Positions 13,404-31,829 of a DNA stretch of 64,000 bases are shown here, one piece after another. Origin of the DNA: the human T2T-CHM13v2.0 reference genome, Homo sapiens. The notes under the pieces were generated by a model, which did no database searches, was not told where the DNA came from, and worked only from the letters and a program-made list of their open reading frames with translations. Each line of letters opens with the position of its first letter. Positions within the stretch are counted from its first letter, which is position 1. The translations under genes were made by a program, and so were the position numbers. Location: the NCBI RefSeq assembly GCF_009914755.1, contig NC_060931.1; one strand, written 5' to 3'.

Positions 13404-14900
13404 TGATTTCTTTTACGTGATACCAAAAGCACAAGAAATAAAGATTGGGTTCTATAAAAATAAAACCTTTTGTGTATCAAAGGACATTATCAAATATAGT
13501 GAAAAGGCAACCCACAATATAGGAGAAAATATTTGCAAATCACATGTCTGATAAGTGGTTAACATTTTTTTTTTGAATTTTAAACTCCTATAATTCAACA
13601 AACAACCCAATTAAAAAATGGGAAGAAGACTTGCATAGGTGTTTCTCCAAAGAAGATACACAAATGGTCAATAAGTATATAAACAGATGCTCAACACTAC
13701 TAACCATTAGGGAAATGCAACTCAAAACCATAATGAGATACCACTTCAAACACAATGAGACGACAAGTATCAAGAAAATGGAAAATAACTAGTGTTGGTG
13801 AGGACATGGAGAAATTGTGAGCCTTGTGCATTGCTGATGGGAATGTAAAATGGTATAGTGGCTATGGAAAATCAGTATGGTGGCTCTTCAAGAAATTAAA
13901 ATAGAATTGCCATATGAATCAGCAATCCCATTTCTGGGTATATGCTCAAAAGAATTGAAAGAAGTGTCTCAAAGAGACATTTGTATGCATTATGGACTTA
14001 ACGTTTGTGTCCCTCCAAATTGATATATTAAAGCCCTAATCTCCAATGAGGCAATGTTGGAGATAAGGCCCCTAAGGAGATAAATTTAAATGAGGTAATA
14101 AAGGCAGGGCCCTTATCTGATAAGATTAATCTCCTTATAAGAAAACAGACCAGAAACACTGCTACCTCTTTCTCCATGAATATGCACCAAGGAAAAGCCA
14201 TGTAAGGACAATACCAGAAGGTGGCTGTCTGAAATCAAGAAGAGAGCCCTCTCCAGAAACTGATCTTGGACTTCTAGCATCCAGAATTGTAAGAAAATAA
14301 ATTTCTGTTGTTTAAGCCACCCATTCTATGAAATTTTATTATGGCAGCCTAATATAGTATATATCTAAAATAACTGAAAGCAGGATCTTGCAGGTATTTG
14401 CTTACCTGTGTTTAATGCAGCATTATTCACAATAGCCAACAGCTGGATGTAGCCCAATGCCCATCAGTGAATAAATGAAAAACAAAATGTGTGTATAGGT
14501 ACAATAGAATGTTATTCAGCCTTAAAAAGGAAATTCTGACACATGCTATAACATGGATGAATCTTAAAAATATTGTGCTAAGTGAAATAAGCCAGTCATA
14601 AAAAGACAAATACTATATGATTCCACTTATATGAGGTATCTAGAGTAGTCACATTTATAGAGAAAAAATGTAGAATGGTGGTTTTCAGGTGTTGGAGGGA
14701 GAAGGGAATGGGGAGTTATTATTTAATGGGTATACAATTTCAGTCTAGAAGTTGAAAAAAATTCTAGAGATGGATGGTGATGATGATTTCACAACAGTGG
14801 GACTGAAGTTAATGCCACTGTGTATTTAAATTATACATTTAAATACACTTAAAATGTTAAATTTTATGTTATGTACATTTTACCATAATAAAAAGTGATA
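13404..14900 (+). mobile_element. Continuation and 3' end of the host L1M (interrupted by an LTR)
   Basis: Resumes tgatttcttttacgtgataccaaaagcacaag, collinear with the sequence ending at 7274; L1MB-like 3'UTR. Confidence 0.85.
13990..14355 (+). mobile_element. MaLR solo LTR (MST/MLT1A-like)
   Basis: tatggacttaacgtttgtgtccc...ttggacttctagcatccagaattgtaagaaaataaatttctgttgtttaagccaccc. Confidence 0.85.
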
Positions 14901-15829
14901 TATACACATTCATATATTTAAATTAGCTAATATCTACAATTTGATTATGCCAAGAATTCACATAGATATGGAATAACAGAGTTTCTTCCACCCTACTGTT
15001 GGAAATGTATTAATAAAACCAACTGTGAAAAATAGTCTGATATATTTTAATTAACTGCATATCTTGTGACCCAATATTAGATAAAGACCTTTAAGAATCT
15101 TGAACAGAATATATAAACAAAAATATTCATTATGGCACTGTGTGTCATAGCAAAAAACTGAGAACAATCAATTTCAACCAACAATAAAACAGATGTGCAC
15201 CCTGATATATTCACATAATGGAAAATTATACAAAAATTTAGAAGTTTTAATAGTGTTATAATCACAAAAGTAGAAACAAATTTCACACATGTGGTCTACA
15301 ATAATATGAATAGGTTAAAATAACTATAACTGGGTATATTTATAATTAGATAAATTCTCAGTCTTGACTGGATAGATTCTCAGTCTTGATATTTAAAAAT
15401 CCAGCTGTATGCTGTTAACACAAAAATATAAGTTTAAGACAAATTAATATATACATATGCAAAGCAATCACAAAATCTCAACCATGACAATTTTATTTTA
15501 TGCGACTGGACAAACCGTTTTAAAATTGGCAGCTTTTAACAAAAATAAAAACAATGATCTCTATACTTAAGACATTTTTGTAAGTTTTAGTAATAATTAT
15601 AGATCAGTAAAATAAAAATCATAATTCTTTAAAAGACGTGTATATATGTATTTTATATGTGTTAATATATGTGTATGTCTATTTATATGTACACATATAA
15701 ATACACAAATTAATATGGTATATACCCCTACTTCATAGACCTGAGGGTAAAGAAACAAAATTATGAAATTATTGAAATAAAATATTAGAGATTTTTTCAT
15801 GCCTATGAGACAGGTAAAACTTTCCTAAG

Positions 15830-17320
15830 AAGAAACAAATATAATTGCAAGGGGTCCAAAATACTCAAAACATATTTAAAAAAATGAACAAAGCTTCCAG
15901 TTGCGATGCCAAATTTCAAAACTTACTACAAAGCTACAATAATCAAAACAGTGTGGTACTAACATAAGGAAATGCCTACCACCAATGAAACAGAATAGTG
16001 CACATAAATAACTCATACATCTAAGACAACTGATTTTTCAACAAGGATACCAAAACAATGAAATGTGGAAAGAACAGTTTCTTCAGCAAATTATTCTGTA
16101 ACAACTAGATAGCCACATGTCAAATAATACAGTTGAACTCCTACAACACACAATTTATAAAAATTAGTTCAAAATGCATTGATGACCACTTTGAAAAAGA
16201 TATAGGGGTAAGTCTTCATGATTTTAGATTTTGCAATGGTTTCTTAGATATGACACCAAAAGCATAAGCAATAAAAAATAAATATAAACTGGACTTCATT
16301 TTAAAACTGGGATGAAATGGACAATATTATGGATGTGAAAAGAAAAGCAGAGAACAGGTAAAAATATTTGCAAAGCATATATTTGCTGAGAATCTAATAT
16401 ATAGACTATCTAAAGAGCCCTTACTACTCAAAAACAAACAAAATCCCAAGTAGAAACACTGGCAGAGGATTTACGTAGACATTTCTCCAAAAAAGATACA
16501 CAAATGGCCACCAAGCAAACAGGAAAAAATGCTCAACATCATTACATCATTCAGGAAATACAAATAAAAACTGAATGAGACACTATTTCACATATACTAG
16601 AATGGTTAAACTTTTTTTTTTTTTTTTTAAAAAGGAAAATAGCAAGTGTTGGCCAGGATGTGAAGAAACAGGTACTCTCATACATCACTAATGGGATTGT
16701 AAAATGGTATATGTCTTGTGAAAAATGGTTTGGCTTATACTCAAAAAGTTAAACACAGAATAAGTGGAAAATAAAGTGGAATGACCCTGTAATTCCACTC
16801 TTGGTATGTACCCAAAAGAACTCTAAATGGGCACTTAAGTATATACTTTTCATGAATGTTCACAGCAACAGTATTCACAATAGCCAAAATATGGAAATAA
16901 CCAAATGTCCATGGATAAACAAATTGTATATATATATAAAATGGGATATTATTCAGCCATAAGAAAGAATGTAGCACTGATACATGCTACATCATAGATG
17001 AATCTCAAAAACATTATGCTAAGTGAAAAAAGCCAGATACAAAATAATACATATTGTTTTATTTTATATGAAATATCCAGAATAAATAAATCCATAAAGA
17101 TAGAAAGCATAGTGATAGTTGCCAGGGGGTAATGGTAGACATGAATGAGGCGTAACTTTTTAATAAGTACGGGGTTTCCTTTTTGAAGTGATAAAATGTT
17201 TTGGAATTTGGTAGAGGTGTTTGCAAAACATTGTGATTGTACTAAATGCTATTAAATTGTTCACATTAAAATGGTGAATTTTAATTAATGTGAATTTCAA
17301 CTCAATTAAAAAAATAAAGA
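15830..17320 (+). mobile_element. L1M ORF2 end and 3'UTR
   Basis: Typical L1 3' sequence ending tgtgaatttcaactcaattaaaaaaataaa. Confidence 0.85.
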
Positions 17321-17599
17321 GAGCTTCGTTTGATCTGTGGACCAATATAAATTGGTGTGACACATGTTTATTTGATAATCAAAAGGAGAGGTCAGTCAAT
17401 CATGCATAAAACAATAAATGGTTAAAAGCAGTGGATTTAATGAATGACATAAATGAGCAGGTCAAAGATACCTGACAAACATTCCACACAATATATACAA
17501 AGAACTCCACTTTTAGGCACTACAGAGTCAAACTGCTATTTATTTCCTGTATAGCTTTGAGAACTTCTCTATGAGTTTAAAATAAAGGTAAATGAGTTT

Positions 17600-21991
<4,392 letters not shown>

Positions 21992-23790
21992 TGCTATGGT
22001 TTGAATGTTTGTCCCTTCCAAACTCATGTTGAAATTTAATTGCCATTATAACAGTATTTAGTAAGATCCTTAAGAGGTGATTAGACCATGAGGGCTTGGC
22101 CCTCATGAACTGATTAATGTCATTATCATGGGGTTGGATTCTGAGTTTGGCCCCTTTGTCTCTGTTTCTCTCTCTGTCTCACGCCCTCTCTTTGCACTTC
22201 CATCATAAGGTTACACAATGAGAAGGCCCTCACCAGATGTCAATACCTTGATCCTGGACTTTCCATGCTCCAGAACTGTGAGAAATACATTTCTGTTCTT
22301 TATAAATTACAAAGTCTCAGATATTCTATTATAGCAGCACAGAGTGGACTAAGATAGAAAATTGATTTTGAGAAGTGGGACTGTTGCTAAAACAGTCCTC
22401 TCATCACAGGCCCAGAGTGTCACTCCTCGCATCACAGGCCCAGAGTGCCAAGGTCTGGGAGAAGGAAATATGTGAAAAGAGAGGCCTAGTGGGCCCTCAG
22501 GACATCGAGGCTTGCTTCCCAGGGAAGTCTCAGGTCTCTGTTCCCTGCATTCTGGCACAGGGCTCCTCAGTCACCCAGGTGTTGCTGAAGGAGGCCCCAG
22601 ACAGGACTTGAGTCACTGATTGTAAGAATACAAGCAACAAATCTTGGTGGTGTCCAAGTGGTGTTAAGTCTTCAGGCAGGCAGAATGCAAGGGCTGTGGA
22701 GGCATGGCTTCCTCCACCTTTATTTCAAAGAAACTTGTTGTGAACAACCTAGGGGCCCAGGCAGAGACTTACCATAGGGGCAGAGCCACGGCAGAGAGCC
22801 TCTACTGTGGTAATGCCCGGCAGAATTGTGTGGTCAGAGTTTTCAGAGAGTCTCCACTACAGTAATACATAGTAGAGCCACGAGAGCAAGGCCATGGGAG
22901 ATAAGCAATACCAGCCTGGGAGAGCAGCAGGCATCTGACTCCAACCTACAAGAGCTGTTGTTTGAGCTATGACCAACAAAGCCATAGAAGTGTGGCTTCT
23001 CGAGCCCTTGAGGGCACAACCCCCACCCCAGTGTGCCCAGAAGGCAGGACAAGGGGTCAAGGAAAATTATTCTGGAGGCTTAATATTTAATGTTGTTTAC
23101 CTTGTTGGGTTTTGGACTTCCTTAGGGTCATTTATCCCTTTCTTCTTGCCTATTTCTCCCTTTTGGAAATATATCCTCTGCCTGTTCCACCATAATATTT
23201 TGAAGTAGATAATTTGTTTGATTTCACAGGGTCACAGCTGGAGGGAAATTTGCCTCAGGATGTATTGTGTCTTGAGTCTCGCCCACATACATCTGATTTA
23301 GATGAGAGACTCTAGACTTTGAACATTTCAGTTGATGCTGAAACAAGTTAAGACTTTTGGGGCTACTGGATAAAAATGACTGTATGTTATATGTGAGAAA
23401 AACATGAATTTTTGGGATCAAGGTCAAAATGGTATGATTTGTATATATCTTCAAAAAGTATATGTTGGAAACTTAATCCCCAATCCAACAGTGTTAGGAG
23501 GTGGGGCCTAATGGGACTTGTCTAGGTCATGATGGCTTGACCTTCATGAATGGATTAATGCCAATTATAGAATGGCTTGAGGCTGAAAGGTCAGTCTCTT
23601 GCTCCATCTCACTCTTTCTTTGGCCATCATGAGATGACACAGGAAGGAGGCCCTCATCAGACGCCAGACCCTTGATCTTAGACTTCCCAGCTTCCAGAAC
23701 TGTAAGCCAATAAATTTCTTTTCATGACAAATTATGGAGTCTGTGGTATTCTGTTTTATCTATGATAGCAGCACAAAACAGACTAAGACA
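21992..23790 (+). mobile_element. MaLR (MST) element: LTR 21992-22356, internal region, LTR 23430-23790
   Basis: Both LTRs end gactaagaYa; 5-bp TSD gtgtt/gtgct; the host L1 is collinear across the insertion. Confidence 0.88.
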
Positions 23791-25210
23791 GTGCTTTATT
23801 AGTGCAGGGATACACACATAGATCAATGGAACAAGCTGGTAACCCAGTGAATTCCATTAAATATCGGAGGACAAAATAATATCAATCCTATAGAAGCACT
23901 TTCAGAACAGTAGGAGAAAACAATGTCCAACTCATTTTATAATGCCAGCATAACCGTAATCCAAAATCACAACAAAGACATTATTTAAAAATACAGAAAA
24001 ATACTCTTGAAAAAGGTATAAATATTAACAAATCAAATAATAAATAAAAGGACCATGACCACATAGGTTTTTATCCCAGAAATGCAAGTGTTGGTTCAGA
24101 ATTAAAGAGTCAATCAAAGCAAATTACTGTACTAATACAATAAGTGTTCTCAGATGTTCTTTGTCGGTTTTCAAACCGGCAAAGAACATCTAAGATAACC
24201 CTACAGCTAATACCATACTTAAAAGTGAAAGAGTTATTGCTTTTCCTCTAATATTGGGAAAAGGGCAAGAATGCCTTCTTTTGACATTTTTATTTAACAC
24301 TGTACTAGAGGACCTAGTCATTGCAATAAAGCAAGCCAAAAAAAAAAAAAGGCACAAACATCAGAAATAAAGAATTAAATCTGTTGCAGAACATATATTT
24401 ATATTAAAAAGGATCTACAAAATAATTATTATATCTAAGCAGTGAATTAAGCATAAGCACAGGATCCAGGTTAATATTTTAAAAATCCATAATATTCTTA
24501 CATACTAATGGGAAAATTAAATCAAATAACATGCTAACTGGAAAATTAAATCAAATAACCATTAAAATAACTCAATTTAAAAGAGAGAAAATAAAACATA
24601 ACATTCTTATGAATAAATCTAAGAGATTTGCTAGAAATCTGAAATGAAAACTACAAAACATCCCAAAAACAAATTTAAAAAGAATTTACACACTTGGAGA
24701 ATCAACATGTTCACTATTTAGAAGACTAAATATATTTGAGATAACAATTAATTTTGTCTTTAGAGTCAATGAAATCAATTCAAATTACAGTTGAACTCTT
24801 TGTAGAAATTGATATGTTAATTCTAAAATGCATACAATAATTCAAAAAACAGGGAAAAAAGCAATCTTTAAAATAAAAACAAAGCTGGAGGATTATCCTA
24901 TGTGATTTCAATAGTTACTATAAAGCTACAGTAATCAAGATACTTCAGTATTGTTCAAATAACAGACATAGATGAATGGAGCATAATTAAATGTACAAAA
25001 TTGCAGTCAGCTGAATTTTTGCCAGAGGCAACATGGCATTTTAATAGAGGAAGAAAAGTATCTTCAATAAATGGTACTGGATCATTAAGATATGATATCT
25101 TTATGGTAAAAAATGATCATCAACCTTTTTCTCACACCAAACAGAAAAATCAACTCAAAATGGATCATGGACCTAAATGCGGAATCCAAAATGCTATTAA
25201 AAAACACAGA

Positions 25211-25513
25211 GGCCGGGCGCGGTGACTCAGGCCTGTAATCCCAGCACTTTAGGAGGCTGAGGTGGGTGGGTCACCTGAGGTCAGGAGTTCGACACTAGCC
25301 TGGTCAACATGGTGAAAGCTCGTCTCTACTAAAAATACAAAAAAATAGCTGGGCGTGGTTGTGCATGCCTGTAATCTCAGCTACTCGAGAGGCTGAGGCA
25401 AGAGAATTGCTTGAACCTGGGAGAAAGAGGTTGCAATGAGCTCATGCCACTGCACTCCAGCCTGGGCAGCAGAGCGAGACTCTGTCTCAAAAAACAAACA
25501 AACAAAAAAAAAA
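25211..25513 (+). mobile_element. AluSx-like
   Basis: ggccgggcgcggtg start, cacctgaggtcaggagttcga, (AAAC) tail. Confidence 0.96.
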
Positions 25514-28240
25514 CAGTAGAAAATCTTTGTGAATTTAGAGTAAGATAAGGTGTATTAGAACACAAACACTTACATAAACTATAGAATAGAATAAATAAAA
25601 TATATTTATGCAACTTTTTAATTTAAAAACAAAAATGCAGGCCACAATCTGAGAGAAAATACAGCACATATATCAGCAAAGGACTTTTGTCCATACTATT
25701 GTAAGGACTCTTACAAGTCAATAATTATAAGATAAACAAACCACTTAAAAATGGGAAAGATAGTCGAACAAAGTATAAAACACGTACCAATAGCCATTTG
25801 GAACTTGAAAAGATGCTCAAGATATCTTTTAATCAGGAAAATGAAAACTAAAACCACATGAGATACCACAATACACACATACTGGAATGGCTAAGATGTA
25901 AAAGACTGACAACACCATGCTTTGGAAAGGGTTTGGAGCAACTGTCACCTCACATATTGCTGTATAACACAAGTTATACTGCATAACACAAGTTATAAGT
26001 GTGTTACACAGTTAACACAAGTGGCTGTATAACACAAAATTATACAGCCACTTTATAAAGCCAATTGTTGGCTCCTAAATATGGATACAATTGGCTTACA
26101 AAAGCCAACAATTTGGCTTTTCTTAAAAATAAATAAAGTTAAACATACACTAACCATATGACCCAGCAATCACAGTCATAGGTATTTTTCCAGGAGAAAT
26201 GAAAATATATATCCACACAAAGACTTGTACAGGAATATTTATAGAAGCTTTATTTGTAATGGCCTAAAACTGGAAATAACCCAAATGTCCATCATCAGGT
26301 GAAAGAATGGATAAACAAAATGTGCTATACCCATACAATGGAGTACTATTCAGCAATAAACAGGGACAAACAATTAATACATTCAACAAAATGGATGAAT
26401 CTCAAAATCATTATGCTAATAAAATTCAGACAAGGAATATATATACTACATGTCTATTTGTATAAAATTACAAAAACATATGCAAATCTATAATGACACA
26501 AAGCATATCAAAGCCTAGGAGTAGGTGTTGAGAGGTCAGCTAGATTAAAAGAGGGCATAAGCAAAATACAGGGCAGGGGACTTTTCTTGACCATTGTGAT
26601 GCCTGCATGGGTATATACATGTCAAGTCACTAAACTGTAAAATTTCAACATGTATAGTTAATTGTATGTCATTGCTGAGCCAAAATAAAACAAGTTGTAG
26701 AAGTTACTTAAGGCAAAATATCATTTATTTTGTGGTTATCATGCAAAACAATACTATTTGTCATTATTCGTGATCCCAATAAGTGTTAATAGCATAAAAT
26801 TTTTAATTAGGATAAAAAATCTATGATAATGGATATAACTGAGGAGAGAGAGAAGACAATGAAATTGTTGAGGACTTCATAGGAGGTGTCACCTGTGTCT
26901 TGTTAAAATTGCTGTAAATCTTAGAAAGAATGTAAAGCATGTAACAGAATATGACATTTTCTTTCAATGGATGATACATGTACACTTGCCCCCGATATCA
27001 TTTCTGTTATTTTATGTGTTTGAAACATAATATTTATAAAGATTTCATTTCCAAAGAGCCATAATAAATCAAACACACACAAACTTTCCCATGAAAACCA
27101 AAACCAAAATAAACATCCGTTGACAGCTTCAATGAAGAATTAAATATTTGAAACAAGAATTTAAATTTTACATAAACCATTTAAGAAAAGGCAAGAAGAG
27201 GAAAGAACTGCAACTCATTTCTGAAACAGCAGTGCCCTAATACTAAAATTTTACAAAAATTTACAAGAGAAGGGAACTACAGACCAAAGTCCCTCATGAA
27301 TATAGACACAAAAATCCTTAACAAAATGTTATTATAGCATATAAAAATTAAAAATATATTTTTAAATGATCACGTGTATTTTATATTAGGGGAGTTTATG
27401 TAAGGTTGCTTTAACATATGTCAATCAATCAATGCATCATAAAAACATAATAAAAGATACAAACCATGTGATCATCTCAATTCGGGTGTAAAAGACATTA
27501 GGAAAAATTCAACCTGATTTACGATTAAAAATCAAAATAAATAGGAAACAATTTCCTTTGTCAACCTGATTAATGGCATTTATGAAAAGCCCACAACTAG
27601 TGTCATACTTAATTGTGAAAGTCTGAGGGCTCTGATAGTGGGAACAAGATTAGCATGCCCACTCTTAACACTTCTGTTTAAAGTTTTCTAAATACAATAG
27701 TCTCATGAGTCAATAAAAAGAAATAATGAGCAAATAGATCTTAAGAAAAAAGTAAAATTGTCTTTATTCTTGTGGAATATGATTAGGTATATAAAGAAAA
27801 ATCCTAAAAATCAAAAATAAACTATTAGAACTATCACTGAGTTTAGCAAGGCCACAAGATACAAAGTCAACATTTCTAGAAGAAAACAGAAAAAGGTCTT
27901 CATGAATTGGATCTAAGCAAAGATTTCTTGGACAGACACAATATCCTTGGAACATTAAGAAAAAATTTGAGAAACTTGGTTTTGTCAAGATTAAAATTTC
28001 TGATACTTGAAAGATAACATTGAGAAAATGAAGACAGAGCACATAGAGAGACCTGTTTCCAAAATATATAAAAAATCTTATAAGGAAATACTAAAAAAAA
28101 ACCTGATAAAAAGATACAGGAAAGGATTTGAACAAACAGTTCAGAGAAGAATATATATGAATGTGCAAAGAGCAAATGAAAAGATATATCATTAGTTATT
28201 AAGTGCAAATTAATAATACTATACTCTTATTAGGATGGTT

Positions 28241-28278
28241 TTTTTTAATTTTATTATTATTATACTTTAAGTTTTAGG
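28241..28278 (-). mobile_element. Ultra-short young L1PA 3' tip
   Basis: Reverse complement is cctaaaacttaaagtataataataataaaattaaaaaa; TSD ttaggatggtt at 28230-28240 and 28274-28284. Confidence 0.88.
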
Positions 28279-31200
28279 ATGGTTAAAATTTTAAGAGATG
28301 GACAACAGAAAGCACTCTGAGAATGTGAAAAAGCTAGAAATCTCATACATTGCTGGTGGGTGTGTAAAATCACAAAATTTCTGTGCAAAAGTTGGGGGTT
28401 TCTTACAATTTTAACTTATATTTACCATATCACTCCACGATTTAACTCTTATGTATTTACTCAAGAGAAATGGAAACCATATAACCATATAAAAACTTAA
28501 CACATAAATGTTCATACAACTTTATTCACACTAGACAAAAACTGGAAACAACTCAAATGCTGAGCAAGAGTTGGACAGATAAATAGTGGTATATTTAATA
28601 AGTGATGGTAGAGATTGTGAAGTGGCATAAGGGAACCATTTAGGGTGATGGAAATTTCTGCATCTTCATAGTGATGTTAACTGATGTTAGTTAAATGTTA
28701 GTTTTGATACTTGTCATAACTCACTGAGCTATAAAGTTAAAATTGAAATGTTTAAAATTAAAATTACATATGTAAAATAAACACATTACATTTAAATAAA
28801 GAGGATTAGAAATACTGTCTCACAAAGAAAGCTCTAGGCCCATTTGATTTCATTGGTGAATTCAATGAAACATTTAAGGACAAAAATTGTTATTATGGGC
28901 TTATTTTTTCAGAATACAGAAGAGGAAGGAATACTGCCCAACTTGTTTTTGAAAGGCCAGCATAATAAAAATGAAAAAGGAATTATAATAAAATATGTAA
29001 TATAAATAATACAAATGCTTAGAATGTTAGCAAATTAGATACAGCAATATATGATGATAAAGTGGAGTTTGATAAAAGAACATAAGGTTCAATGCATATT
29101 TTAACAAATTAAATATAACTACTTTATTTCAATAATAGAGAAAAGCATTTAACAAAATCCAACTCTCTTATCCACAATAAAATATCTCAGTAAACTAAGA
29201 ATAAGTAGGAATTTCTTAATCTGATAAAGGGTATCTTAAAAAATTTATATAGCTAACATCTGCTTCAAGGTAAAACATTGAATGATTTCTTTCTAAAATT
29301 GAGGAAAATATAAGCATAGCTATTCTCACAATTTATATTAAATATTTACTTAAGGCTCTAGGCTCTGTGATAGAAATAATGAGGAAATAGACAACATAAA
29401 GTTTAAATGGAATAAGTAATACTGTATTTAATGACCATATGATTATTTATGTATCAAATCCTGAGGTATCTACAAATTTTCCCCTAGAAATAGGTTTAAT
29501 AGGTCACAAGAAACAAAGCCCACATACAAAATACATTTTACATTTTTATATCAGCAGCCAACAATTGAAATAAAAAATTCAATTTAAAATAGGGTAAAAA
29601 ATGTGTTAGACATCATCATTGAAAACTGTAAAATACTGATGAGAGAAACTTAAGAAGCCCTAAAGAAAGACAGGTATATCACACTTACAGACATGAAGCA
29701 CATTCTTTCCAAATAATCCTCACTTATTGAAAATGGATATTGACAAGCTAACTTTAACATCTATATGGAAATGCAAAGGACTTTTTGCCAAATGGCATGT
29801 TCCAAAGATGGCAAATACTATATGCTCATTCTACACATTCTTACAATGTGACTTAATTCAGCAGTGGGGTCTGAGTTACCTTCTCTTGAACATAAGTGGA
29901 TCTTCATGGGTATGGCAGAACTGACACTAGGTGACTTCTGAGGCTAGGTCATAAAAACATCATGGATTTCTATTGTTTCCTTAGGACATGAACTTTGGAT
30001 CTTGTCTGCCATACTATAAGATGAAAATAACCAATGTTCACACAGGGCTGAGAATAGTCCATGCTCCCATCAGTCAGTCTTGAAAACACCAAGAATGACA
30101 GGCTGACAGTCAGAAGAAACTGAAAAGTCTTGCCCCAGTAAGTGGAATATAATTAATGTAAACAGATCATTGGCCCAGCTAATAAATCTTAAGAGCAAGA
30201 CCAGAAATGATTAAACTGCTTCCAAACAACTTACCAATGTGTGCAAAAACAAAGGAAAGAGTTGTGAAGAAAACTACACCAAGGTGCACCATACTAATAT
30301 TCCTCAAAAGCAATGATAAAGATAAAACCTTAAAAGAATCATCAGGTAAAAAAGAAAAACAAGGATAAAGGTGAAAGCAGATATCTCATTGGAAACAATC
30401 AAAGTGAAAAGACAGAGGAGGGGCAACCATTTCAATATAATATATAAAGAATAAAAAAACTATCAACTCTTAATTCTATATCCACCAAACAAAATAATTC
30501 AACAATTAAGGTAAAAGAAGACATTTAGATATATTAAAAAATGAAATACTCTTCAATAGCAGAGCTACACCAAAAGAAATATTAAATAAAGTCCTTCAGG
30601 CCATAGAAAAATTACTGCAAATGGAAATGGGTATACACCAAAAAATGAAGTCTACTGGAAATGGTAGTTACATGAGTAAATACATGAGAGTTTTTTTGGT
30701 GTTATTTCTATCCACCTAAAAGATAACTGACTGTTTAATAAGCATAATAATAGTGTAGTGCAGGATTTGTGACATTAGGTAAAACTAAAACGGATGTCTA
30801 CAATAGCACAAAGGTCAGGAGTGGAGAAATAAAGCATACTATTTTAAGATGTTTACATTATATGTAAAGAGGTACAATATTACTTGAAGGTGGACTAAGA
30901 TAAATTAATAATATATACTATAAACCTAAAGCAACTACCAAAATAAAAACACAAATTCTACCTAATAGGTCAAGTCAGATAAATGGAGTCATAAACAACT
31001 GAGACATACCATGATAACAATAATGAAAAGAAAGCTGCAGTGACAATATTAAGATTAGACAAAGTACATTTCAGAGGAAAACCTATTACAAAAAATAAAG
31101 GACATTTCAAAATGATAAAGGAGTGGATTTAACCAGGAGCATATAACAATCTTAACCATTTATATACTTAATAACAGAACTTAAAAATACTTGAAACAGA

Positions 31201-31829
31201 CACTGATAAAACCTCAAAGAGAAACAGACACTTCCATAATTTTAGTCAGAAACATAAATACCCCTCTTTAAATAATTGGCAAAATAAGTAGACATAAAAT
31301 CAGTAAAGGACATAAAAGATTTAAGTAAAATTAACAATAAAACTGACCTAATCTATATTTGCTGAACTCTCCTCCCATTCTCTATCTCTGTCTCTCACTC
31401 TCTCTCAGTATCAATATATGTGTCTCCATATATAGACATGACATATGAGGGAAAAATATATATTCTTTTGAAGTACAAATGGAACATTTACCAAAATATA
31501 TATACCATACACCAGGCCATAAAACATTTTTCAATAAATTAAAAGTGTTTAGGCATGCAAAGTACATACTCTAATAGCTAAATTAAATTAGGTTTCCATA
31601 AAACAGAAATCTCGGGAAATCCCCCAAAAATCTGGAAATTAAATGCCACTCTTCTAAACAACCAAATGCTCAAAGAAAAAATTAAGTGAAATTATTAAGC
31701 ATTTTGAGTTGAATGAAAATGAAAATACAACATGTTGAATGTTGTGAGGTCCAACGAAAGCAATGCTAGACAGAATTTTTTACCCAAAAGACACAAACAA
31801 TCAAAACTTTTCTAAGAAATAAACAACTT

